A stretch of DNA of 64,000 nucleotides, from the sequence record LC778249.1; one strand, given 5' to 3'. The stretch's first letter is position 1; every line of letters begins with the position of its first letter. Made by a program: the position numbers and the translations under genes. The notes beneath the pieces are model-generated. The model was not told the DNA's origin and did no database searches. It saw only the letters and a list, made by a program, of their open reading frames with translations. This document shows positions 45,726-55,100 of this stretch, piece by piece.

Positions 45726-45878
45726 ATGTCAGAGGTTGACGTAACCTTAACTCGGGATATTCATAACCGTGTTACGTCAAGCCTAATCGTGCTAAATGAC
45801 GGACACCAAATTAGATTTAGAGGTAACGCACTCGAAAATGAGGCGATTACCCTGCGCGAAATAGGCTATGTAGTATGA
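45726..45878 (+). CDS. Small ORF coupled to asiA (start uncertain; frame open from 45618)
   Basis: Stop overlaps asiA ATG (ATGA); an alternative 30-aa basic ORF lies at 45652-45744. Confidence 0.4.
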   Translation: MSEVDVTLTRDIHNRVTSSLIVLNDGHQIRFRGNALENEAITLREIGYVV

Positions 45879-46168
45879 ACGCCAAATTGGAACTTGTTAA
45901 AGATATCATCGCGACTGTCTCACTTCTAATCAAACTGGAAGTTGAAGGCGAAATATTGGATACCCAGCAAAATCTTATCGATTTTCTGAATGAAGCTGGA
46001 TTCCGAACTGTACGTGGGCTTGAGTTCACCAAAATGAGTTTTAGACAAATGGTCGGTAGACTCACTGATGAAGAACGAGCCGAAGTGCTGACTGAGTTCT
46101 CCGCGCAAGAACACTATGAAATGTTGAATGCAATGATGGGACCACGCGGTCACGTTGACTTTGCATAA
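45875..46168 (+). CDS. asiA: Anti-sigma70 factor
   Basis: VKDIIATVSLLIK..FLNEAG..SFRQMV..LTDEE. Confidence 0.9.
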   Translation: MNAKLELVKDIIATVSLLIKLEVEGEILDTQQNLIDFLNEAGFRTVRGLEFTKMSFRQMVGRLTDEERAEVLTEFSAQEHYEMLNAMMGPRGHVDFA

Positions 46169-46172
46169 AAAG

Positions 46173-46199
46173 AAAGGGAGCCCTCGGGCTCCCTTTTGT
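46173..46199. terminator. Bidirectional terminator between converging early and late units
   Basis: AAAGGGAGCC-ctcg-GGCTCCCTTT with A and T tracts. Confidence 0.85.
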
Positions 46200-46538
46200 T
46201 TACTTCCGATCAATGGCTACCTGCAACTTGTTTATACTCACATTCAAGTTATTCAGGGTATCATTCATCTTTTCCGTTATTTCGTTTGTCTTCTCTTGTT
46301 GCTTCTGTAGATATTCAATCTTGGTATCTTGATTACTATCTACGGTATTCATTTCGTTTACTCGATTTTCGATTGACACAATTCGACTTTCCATTTTCTC
46401 CTGTGCCGACTCTATCTGTCCTAAACGATAGACCGCAGTCATCGCACCTGCCGCAGCTACCGTAACAATAACGATAACACTAAGAAGCGTTGACCACTCT
46501 CCCAACGAGAATATCCGAGATTCCTGATTAGAAGCCAT
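46200..46538 (-). CDS. Single-TM plus coiled-coil protein, candidate holin (XhlA-like)
   Basis: TM LLSVIVIVTVAAAGAMTAV then heptads; overlaps lysozyme end. Confidence 0.55.
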   Translation of the reverse strand: MASNQESRIFSLGEWSTLLSVIVIVTVAAAGAMTAVYRLGQIESAQEKMESRIVSIENRVNEMNTVDSNQDTKIEYLQKQQEKTNEITEKMNDTLNNLNVSINKLQVAIDRK

Positions 46539-47025
46539 AGGGAGCATAGCTGCCGAGCTTCAAAACGCTGGCCACACGATTGGCGCGATTTGGCGTTTGT
46601 TTTGCCCATGCACTGTTGAGTGCTTGGCGATACGCTTCGTTCCAATCCTTGTTTCGAAGTGCTCTTAGCATACTAGGGAATTTCGACACACCAAGCGCCC
46701 CCATTTGAAATACCATGTTCTCAATGGCATTCTTGCGCACCGGGTCTAAAGTGTCGTATACATCGGCCAGTGCTGCGTAATTAGCGATTGAGCGACGAAC
46801 AACGCCCATATCTCTTTCAAACAAAGCCAAGACTTCGTTTGCACTGATCTTACCGTCTTTAATATTTCTTCCAACATGGGAACTTAATTCGCGATTAATC
46901 TCTCCCATATCTTTTGTTCTTTTACGCATGATGAGGTGTCCGATTCCGATAGTGGGATATCCTTCTGTGTCCCAATATACAGTCTCTTTATAACCTTCAT
47001 CTTGCTTTAGCATTTGTGCAAGCAT
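46528..47025 (-). CDS. e: GH24 T4-type lysozyme (endolysin)
   Basis: DEG..VYWDTEGYPTIGIGH, FQMG, WAKQTPNRA.RV. Confidence 0.93.
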   Translation of the reverse strand: MLAQMLKQDEGYKETVYWDTEGYPTIGIGHLIMRKRTKDMGEINRELSSHVGRNIKDGKISANEVLALFERDMGVVRRSIANYAALADVYDTLDPVRKNAIENMVFQMGALGVSKFPSMLRALRNKDWNEAYRQALNSAWAKQTPNRANRVASVLKLGSYAPYGF

Positions 47026-47553
47026 TTAGCCTCCGTCAAGTGGATTCAATGTGAAAACAAATTTCTTCCGTTCACGCCATGTCCCAGCAGCAGCAATCCC
47101 AATCATTTTCCATCCAAATCTAAATCTGAACTGTTTCCCAAATACACTCGGATATCTCATACTGAATTGGAAATGTCCGCATTCTTGAGTGATGAAATAC
47201 CAGCCAAACTTGGCTTCGTCTCCTTTAGTATATCCAAGAGATCCTCGCCATTTAAATTTTGGACTCTTTGGCTGATATGCAAGAACAGACCAAGCAAATC
47301 CATATGCCGGATTTCGAATTAGCCATAATACTCGTTGAATATAACGAGGATATCCTTGGCAACGTTCTACGTGACCGCTATCGCCATCTAGTGGAGCGTC
47401 TGGAGTTTGATACCAGCTCAACCAGTTTGGTAGCGTCTCTTTATTTATCGCAAACAAAGGAAGCACTGGTGATAAGATCCAGCACGTTAGGCACATGAAT
47501 AAGTGAATAGGCAGCAAAACAATATGCTGTAGCATTCTTAAAATAACTTTCAT
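47026..47553 (-). CDS. Hypothetical membrane-associated protein
   Basis: AAGGAG SD; N-terminal TM; WLSWYQTPDAPLDGD..WLIRNPAYGF. Confidence 0.85.
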   Translation of the reverse strand: MKVILRMLQHIVLLPIHLFMCLTCWILSPVLPLFAINKETLPNWLSWYQTPDAPLDGDSGHVERCQGYPRYIQRVLWLIRNPAYGFAWSVLAYQPKSPKFKWRGSLGYTKGDEAKFGWYFITQECGHFQFSMRYPSVFGKQFRFRFGWKMIGIAAAGTWRERKKFVFTLNPLDGG

Positions 47554-47570
47554 TTTATCTCCTTTAAAAA

Positions 47571-47591
47571 TAAAAGGGGCCGAAGCCCCTT
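47571..47591 (-). terminator. Terminator after fibre A
   Basis: AAGGGGC/GCCCCTT stem with T tract on - strand. Confidence 0.7.
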
Positions 47592-47601
47592 AGTTTATTA
47601 T

Positions 47602-50600
47602 TTAGTTAACGGTTCTCAGATTATATCCGACAACTTTTCGAACTCTACCATTTTCCCAAGCGGTAACGAATGTCCGGTTATCAGCAGAGAATCTTCCGCC
47701 CCAACCTAATCCACCTGAACCACCAGAAATATCGTAGTTCCAACCAATTGCTTGTAGATATTCTAGATCATATCTAGTGAATGTTTTCGGACTAACTAAT
47801 CCCATATCATCCCAGCCAACAACAAACATTATCATGTCAAAGTCTGTCCATGGACGAGTTAATGCGAAGTTTCCTCCACCAACATCTCCATCAAATATCG
47901 TGACTGCGCTAGTAGCTCTGATATTATTGTGTGTGTGCGTGTTTGACGGCGGCGGGTTATTTACAGAATATACGCGGTCACCAGAATCATATACTCCAGT
48001 TCCTCCGTATACTCCACCCGGAGATCTAAAGTTACCACTGATATCAAAAGTATAAATTCCCATTGTTCCTTTAGTACCACTTTCACCGGAACCAACCCGA
48101 ATAATACCTTGACCCCAAACGTTGCCAGAACGCAATACTCCAAGTTCAACGTCAGTTGTATATCCAACACCCGAAACAACGGAACGTCCCTTCACGATTT
48201 GATAATAATCAGACGAACCAGCCACGGCTCCAAAATCAATTTGAATAGGAGCTTCTCTTGCCCATTGATCTGCATATGCGTGTGAACCACCGGCTGCCCA
48301 GTTAGTTCCATACATAGTCAATCCGGTTCCCTCTGCTCGCATTTGCATGTATCGTTTCGCTTCACCAAATGAACCATTCGACTGACCAAAGTTCAAATCG
48401 CCTGTTGTATTATCAAGCCATACAATACGAGCGTGTTTTCCAGGAACATGAAATTCTAATACTGGATTACCGCCTGTGTTAATCTGGAATTGACCATTAC
48501 CATACACATATGTTGGTCTACGCAATAGTATTTTACTAGCTTCAAATACAGCGATTGGGTTAGTTTCACTGGGAGCAACGCCATCGGAAATAGCAAGTCC
48601 TTCAAATCCTTTTCCGGTTTGTCTGTTAATATGGAACCAAGCGTTTGATGTATTATTGATAAACAAAGCACTCGCGCCCTCGCCGAATGTAGCAGCGCCG
48701 GATTGTCCATCTTTCATCAACATCTGATTGTTAGCGTTGATTTGAATACCTGCGTTGGCATTCCAAGGAGCAGCACCAACTCCAAGATAAATGAAATCAA
48801 TTTCTCCGGTTGGCTTTCCGTGGAATCCAAATGCCGCTTTTCTTGAACCATCGGTCTCAATAGCAGTAAATCCTCTTGCCCAATCAGTTGATACTCCAGA
48901 TAATGGAGTAAAGAAATATTCGGAAGTGGAATTAGTTCCTCCGACTTCATATCCATGTGTTGCCAGTACCCTTCTATTAGGCAAAAATTCTAATGCTCTA
49001 TAAGTAGCATCGACGCTAATATAAGGAATCTTAGATGTACCGGAATCAATTTCCAATGCCAACTTCTTGGAGTTCTTGTCTACCATGATATAATCATTCG
49101 AGACAAACGCTTTGGTGTTGTTTAATGCACCAGTCATTGAATCGCCGGCTTTCGCAACGTTCTTCGCGTCTACTGCGTCAACATATGCCTTATTAACTAG
49201 ATGTCCAGCAGCCGTTCCCTGTTTGCCCAGTGTAATAGTACCATCATTCGCGATAATAGTTTCAACTGTTGTTGTTCCTATGCCTTGAGGACGCAAATGG
49301 ATTGTTCCTGTTGCACCAGCTCCGCCACCGATAATAGTTCTACCGTCTGCACCAACAAACATACCTTGAGTGCTATTAGTCGAACGAACGAAACCATAAT
49401 CACCAGAAGATCTGAATGCAGTTGCTACAACTGGTCCAGTTGCGTTAATAGATCCATCACCAAGGAAAGAAACAAGAGCGTTTTGTCCTTCGTTGCCGTG
49501 ACTCAAAGTAAGAGAGTTTGATTCTGATGCCAAATGGAATCTTGTATCTGCCGCATCTTGGAAACTAATACTACCTTTATCATTCACCATAATTGAGTTT
49601 TTGATTTTAGCAGCAGTCAGTGTTCCTGTCATAGCATCACCAGCGCGAGACACTAGATTTAAATCATCATTTGTCGGTAGATTATGAAGACTAAGAATCT
49701 CTTCTCTGACACTAATGTCGGTAACTGTCAATCCGGTTGCGTCTGGAATAAGTATCGGATGTGCTCCATATCTAAGTCCATCAACTACAACATGTGCCAT
49801 ACTAATTGCGGAACGATACAGCGCAATATATTCAACGCCGTTGTATGTATGATATACCAGTTTTGTGCCAGATGTTTTTGCGCCGGATAGATAATGGATC
49901 CTTGCATACTGTTCGGTATATCCGCTATATACTGCAACTTCTGCATAATCACTTTGCAAATTAGAGGTAGTAGCACCGCGATTGAAAATAATTTTTCCTA
50001 TAAATCCATTTTTCTCAATAGGAGTAGAACTAGAACGCTTCGCAAGAAGAATTAGAGAAGGTTTAGCATCCGCTGTATTTCCTAATGCTTTTACAGTATG
50101 AACGACGGATGTTGCCGCTACTTCGATTCCGTTTCCTACTACTAGATCTTGATTCACTTTTAGTTTATCGACGTCTCCGCCACGTTCATCGATTTGTTTT
50201 ACCCAAGGTGTCCAAGCCATTGTACCATCATTTCTAGTTCTGATGTATGTGGAGCCTTGTGTTCTATCTGTCGCGATTTGAGTCACGAAGGTATTAGCGT
50301 CTTTATCTGATCCAATAACAAACATTGTACCGTAATCCAATGGAGGAGGATTAACTGATCCAGTTGCACGTGCCAAATACAAGTTATAAAAACCGGTTGA
50401 CTCGTATTCGTCAAAGTTGATTGGACCCCTGATATTCTTAGTCTTACCTTCTAGACCAACTTTATCTTTGATAGAAGCCCATGGAATAAATCCATCTGTA
50501 TCAACAAGAACACGTCCATTACCCGCATTCCATTTCATTGCTTGATGCAATACAACGTTTTTTGTTGTATATTCTTCGGCAGTTGTATTATATCCCAAAT

Positions 50601-51597
50601 ACAGATCACCACTGGCAGCGCCTAAAGTAACGTTGCCGTTATTATGATCTCGCATAATAGAATATGTCTTGCTGTTATACAATGAACGCAATCCACCAAC
50701 ACCTTCGATGTTGATATATCCACCGTTCTTCATGTTACCACCAGAACGGCTCAAAGCGTCGGCTGGAAGATCGTCTAGTTTAACTTTGTCTTGAGCACTC
50801 ATAGAACCGGAAGCAGTTCGCGAAGCAGCCGTGATGGCCAGCGTTGGATTGACGCCTCCAGTTGTAGTCAATGGTGCAGTAGTCACAATGCCTTGGACAG
50901 CAGTACCGACTTTGGTATCGACGTATTTCTTGTTTGCTGCATGAGTATCAGCGGTTGGCTGATCTTCCAAAACAACGGGGTCAGTAAATGTCTTTGTTCC
51001 AGCGATTGATTGAGCGCCAGTAATCTTTACATTCTGTGCATCAAGGGTATCAATCTTGGTATTTGCGGTAGCCAGATCAGCGGTGAGTTTATCGGTAGTT
51101 GTTTCTGCGAACTGCATCGCTTTATCAACTTCACGATCTACATAATCTTTCCGAGCTGCGTGAGACGCTGCCGATGGTGTCGTTGCAGGGATAAAAACTT
51201 GACCATCTCGGAATCCGACATAGTTAGCGTTTTTGTTTGTGTAAATTCTAACTTCGCCAACATCGTTTGTAAGAACTTGAATACCAGAACGCGGGGTTCC
51301 ATCCGCTTTACGACTTGCAATAAGCCAGTGTGCACCAGCGGTGTTATCTTTATCCATGTTGAATGCTGCGTTTGGAGCTTGTCCCCATCCCACATCATTC
51401 CCGACTGCAATAACTTTTCCAGTTGTAACGATATCGCCTTTTAGATTAATACCGCCATTAATTGTCTGACCGCCTTTTGAGGTGATCACATCGAATTCTT
51501 TATAAAACAGGCTATCATCAAGAGGGTTTAGCTCAAGAATGCCCTGGTGCCAAATCAGATTACCTCCGATTTGTGATCCTAGTTTAAGATCTGCCAT
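47602..51597 (-). CDS. Distal long tail fibre A (gp36-gp37 fusion), 1331 aa
   Basis: gp36-type N-terminus MADLKLGS..IWHQG; fibre repeats; no S74 domain. Confidence 0.9.
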   Translation of the reverse strand: MADLKLGSQIGGNLIWHQGILELNPLDDSLFYKEFDVITSKGGQTINGGINLKGDIVTTGKVIAVGNDVGWGQAPNAAFNMDKDNTAGAHWLIASRKADGTPRSGIQVLTNDVGEVRIYTNKNANYVGFRDGQVFIPATTPSAASHAARKDYVDREVDKAMQFAETTTDKLTADLATANTKIDTLDAQNVKITGAQSIAGTKTFTDPVVLEDQPTADTHAANKKYVDTKVGTAVQGIVTTAPLTTTGGVNPTLAITAASRTASGSMSAQDKVKLDDLPADALSRSGGNMKNGGYINIEGVGGLRSLYNSKTYSIMRDHNNGNVTLGAASGDLYLGYNTTAEEYTTKNVVLHQAMKWNAGNGRVLVDTDGFIPWASIKDKVGLEGKTKNIRGPINFDEYESTGFYNLYLARATGSVNPPPLDYGTMFVIGSDKDANTFVTQIATDRTQGSTYIRTRNDGTMAWTPWVKQIDERGGDVDKLKVNQDLVVGNGIEVAATSVVHTVKALGNTADAKPSLILLAKRSSSTPIEKNGFIGKIIFNRGATTSNLQSDYAEVAVYSGYTEQYARIHYLSGAKTSGTKLVYHTYNGVEYIALYRSAISMAHVVVDGLRYGAHPILIPDATGLTVTDISVREEILSLHNLPTNDDLNLVSRAGDAMTGTLTAAKIKNSIMVNDKGSISFQDAADTRFHLASESNSLTLSHGNEGQNALVSFLGDGSINATGPVVATAFRSSGDYGFVRSTNSTQGMFVGADGRTIIGGGAGATGTIHLRPQGIGTTTVETIIANDGTITLGKQGTAAGHLVNKAYVDAVDAKNVAKAGDSMTGALNNTKAFVSNDYIMVDKNSKKLALEIDSGTSKIPYISVDATYRALEFLPNRRVLATHGYEVGGTNSTSEYFFTPLSGVSTDWARGFTAIETDGSRKAAFGFHGKPTGEIDFIYLGVGAAPWNANAGIQINANNQMLMKDGQSGAATFGEGASALFINNTSNAWFHINRQTGKGFEGLAISDGVAPSETNPIAVFEASKILLRRPTYVYGNGQFQINTGGNPVLEFHVPGKHARIVWLDNTTGDLNFGQSNGSFGEAKRYMQMRAEGTGLTMYGTNWAAGGSHAYADQWAREAPIQIDFGAVAGSSDYYQIVKGRSVVSGVGYTTDVELGVLRSGNVWGQGIIRVGSGESGTKGTMGIYTFDISGNFRSPGGVYGGTGVYDSGDRVYSVNNPPPSNTHTHNNIRATSAVTIFDGDVGGGNFALTRPWTDFDMIMFVVGWDDMGLVSPKTFTRYDLEYLQAIGWNYDISGGSGGLGWGGRFSADNRTFVTAWENGRVRKVVGYNLRTVN

Positions 51598-51623
51598 TAT
51601 AGACTCCTCTCAGTTTATAGCAG

Positions 51624-51630
51624 TATTTAG
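51624..51630 (-). promoter_or_regulatory. Late promoter for fibre A
   Basis: CTAAATA on - strand, then GAGAGGAG SD. Confidence 0.7.
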
Positions 51631-51632
51631 CA

Positions 51633-51654
51633 AAAAGGCACCCGAAGGTGCCTT
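51633..51654 (-). terminator. Terminator after gp38-like gene
   Basis: AAGGCACC/GGTGCCTT stem with T tract. Confidence 0.8.
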
Positions 51655-52093
51655 AGTTTTTAAACGTCCACTGATGTCTTGATGTTGTTCCATCTGGTGA
51701 GCTAGAAAATGTAATAACAAATTCCGTCGTCGCTTGGATTGTTTTCACCATTTTAATCATTCCAGCATCCATTCTCTGCCATCCACCACGATATCCCTGT
51801 GCTTCTACTGGACCAGTCCATGTAATATTTACATATGGCATGCCGAGAATAATTTCCTGTTTCAGATTATAAGTTGGAACTTCCATAATAACTTTTCCAC
51901 CTACATATGAGAAATAAACTGGCATCGAGCTAGTTCGACTTGGTGCAGCAATTAAGCTGATTGCTGTTTTATTTACTAACTGACTCATAAATCCAGCAAC
52001 AGGTAAACCCGCTTGTGTTCTCATGTTGCTAGCCCATCCGTTGGCTCTTAATTCTGTATTGGCTGTGCTAAGCCAAAACGGTAATGCTACCAT
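51653..52093 (-). CDS. Small gp38-like fibre-tip adhesin/attachment protein
   Basis: PFWLSTA..W..M..GLP..GFMSQL resembles the T2-type gp38 N-domain; follows an S74-chaperoned fibre. Confidence 0.5.
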   Translation of the reverse strand: MVALPFWLSTANTELRANGWASNMRTQAGLPVAGFMSQLVNKTAISLIAAPSRTSSMPVYFSYVGGKVIMEVPTYNLKQEIILGMPYVNITWTGPVEAQGYRGGWQRMDAGMIKMVKTIQATTEFVITFSSSPDGTTSRHQWTFKN

Positions 52094-52123
52094 AATTTAA
52101 ACGGGGATTTCTCCCCGTCCTCC

Positions 52124-55100
52124 TTAGTTAAGTTTAGATTCCAAATATTTAACACGTTCGGTCAATTCTTTAATTGCTTCAATTAATAGTGCGTTAACAC
52201 CAGAGTTAGAAACAGTCAAATAATCGATGTCGTTTGAAGTTACGGTACCAGTCGCTTCTGGCAATACCACTTTCAGACGTTGCGCAATAATACCAGCTTC
52301 GCGAGTTGTTTTACCAACTTTATCGTAAGTGATACCAGATAGATAACCAACTTTGTCCAACGCATTCAGAATTGGTTTAAAATTAGATTTCAATCTTTCA
52401 TCTGAACGAATATAAACATCATTGAAGTTACCATTTCCTTCTGCTTTTATACCACCTGCGGTATAAATCGCGTCGCCTTCTGCATTAGAACAATAGAACT
52501 TTTTACCGTTGTATGTTCTTACCCAAGTTGAATCTTCCATATGTATACCGCCATTGTAAGTAGCGTTAAACCAACCTGTGTTTCCGGTAGTTCTGATCCA
52601 GTTGCTCAAGGTCAATGTTCCATGTGTAGAACCTTCGAACATAACGCGAGCGCCATTAATCTGTAGTTCTTTATTCATGTAGAACACTGGACGATCTGTG
52701 TATATGTGAGCGTAACTGGTATTCTGTGCTCCAAGCTGCATACCACCATGTTGTGTTCTCACCCATAGACTATCGCCTTGATTTTCCAATCTAACGTTAT
52801 AATCGGCAGTGCTATTTGTATCGTGGAAATCAATATACTTAGCGACTTCCATTACACCATCGCTTCCAATATATGGAATACTATTAATGGTACCTGCCCA
52901 AGAACCAGTTTGACTCAAATTAACATCTTCGCTGTTAATTGATCTTCTCCATCCGGGTGCATACGTCGGTCCGTGATTAGTATAAATGTACTCTCGACTA
53001 GCTACCGCTCCCAATGCTGTTCCAGTTGTTGTTGGAGTAGTAACACGAATGGTATATTGTGATGTTCCACCAATAACTTCGATAACACATCCTGCCAGAT
53101 GGATATTACCAAATCCCGTATCTGTGATTACGTTGTTTCCAGCATAATCCCAAGATACTTTACTAACCCAATAAACTGTCTTGAACGCACCTTTTTCTGT
53201 CAACATTTGAACAAATCTAGCGGTCGTGATTCCTGTTTCGCCGGAGGTCTTACCGGTTGCTTTATCCGCGAAAACTGTTATATGTCCAGTTACGTTTACG
53301 TTTCCTTTTGCAACTATGTCTCCACCCGCAATAACATCATCGCCAGCATATACTGTACCTTCTACATCAATGTAAGCATTCAATGTTGTGCTTGGGTTAT
53401 CATTGGATTTTTTAAAGTGCCATCCAAATGGTGGTCTAATATTATCGTGTACGTTTGGTGTAATTTCTATATTCTGACCACCCATATGACGATATTTAAT
53501 TGATGGATACTTTGTCGCATCATCGGTAATATTTTCCAGAATAATGTTTGCATTATCAGCTTTCAAATGAATTGATTTGTTAGTCTCGATAACACCACTC
53601 TTATGAATCTTTAACCCATTTATCCATGGTGTTGCGCCTTCTCCCAAGTAAGTAAATTTGAATTCTCCGTTCTCGGAAAACGCGCCTACACCCCAGTCAC
53701 GAGTTGTGCCTGTTGATTCATATCCACTTATACCACGAGCGTTAGTTCCGGTTGGATTGGGTGTCCCAATCAACGTAATTAAATCGCTACCTTGTGTTGA
53801 TGGATCTACAAAAAATCTACCGTTGGATCTCGTTTCGTTTCTTTTTATTAAAAACACATCTTCCGATGTAGTAGAACCCGTAGGTTTAACTCTAAACTTG
53901 AAATATTCGTTTCCGTTATCTCCAGTTTCGAACCACATATAACTATCAGTATCTTGGTCTGAATCGTTTTTAAATCCAATCTTAGCCCAATCGGTGTTTC
54001 TGCTCCAGACAAGTTGACTATCATTTGTGAAAGTCAAACTACCAGTCATTGAATCGCCAGTCTTATTCACAGCAGCAGCAGGAAGTCCATTCAACTTAGC
54101 TTTATCAGCAGCAGACATTGCGCCATCTTCTGTTGTTGTTGCATTTACCAAGCTGATTACTGGATTAATACCTCCAGTGCTCTTGACTGCACCAGTTGCT
54201 GTTACGCTTTGAACTGCGGTACCTACTTTAGTATCTACGTAATCCTTTGTTGTTAAAGAACTTGGAAGATTACCCATTTCGCCAGTACAAGGCTTGTATA
54301 ATGTCAATTTATCTTCATGTGGAAAGTATTGCCAAATACCCTTTCCGCCGGTAGTGTCTTCATTTAATCTAATACCTTTGCCATCAGCAATCATGATGTA
54401 TTTTTTATCATTTTGATCGCTCTCTGTAAAAATAATTTGCGGGTATGGCATACTTATTTCCAGAGCGCCAGTCATTTTATCACCAGCTCTACTAACCAAG
54501 TTTAGATCTACGTTCGATGGCTTTTGCATTGACGTATAAACGCGAGCAACATCAATCTCTGTTTTATCTTCGATTGGTAAAGTGGCTACGGTATTCATAT
54601 GAACAGTAAGACCCCAATCATTCAAAATGGTAATTGTCATTTCACCACTATAAGTTGGTCTTTGTACCCATAATTCAACTTCCGTTCCAACTGTAATTGC
54701 ATAGAATTTACATTCAGAGATACCTTCTTGTAAAAGTGTAATTCTAATCATGTGTTCCGGATGAACACCTGTACCAGAGTAAGTTTGTGTGTTGAATGAA
54801 ATATTATACATTGGAACGGAGTTATTTCCAAAATTATTTCCACCAGTCAACAAGAAATTAGCTCCGTTGCCACTTGATCCAATCGCCGCTTTCATTGAAC
54901 ACAATCTGGTATAACTAATTGCTGTTCCGGTTGCCGAACTTTTGATTCGCTGTGGTGCGCCAACATCATTATGATTTGGTTTATTCCACTCGCCGTATGT
55001 GCTCTTATTGTTGAACTTTAAATCACCATCAAGTGCCCACAACAAATCGTATTCTGCGTTTGTTGTTGCGCTATCATTTTTGCCAGTCTTTGGCCAAGCA

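Noticed and set aside
45652-45744. 30-aa basic ORF (GTG start) as a confident gene
   Set aside because: Competes with an overlapping frame coupled to asiA; cannot be resolved from sequence.
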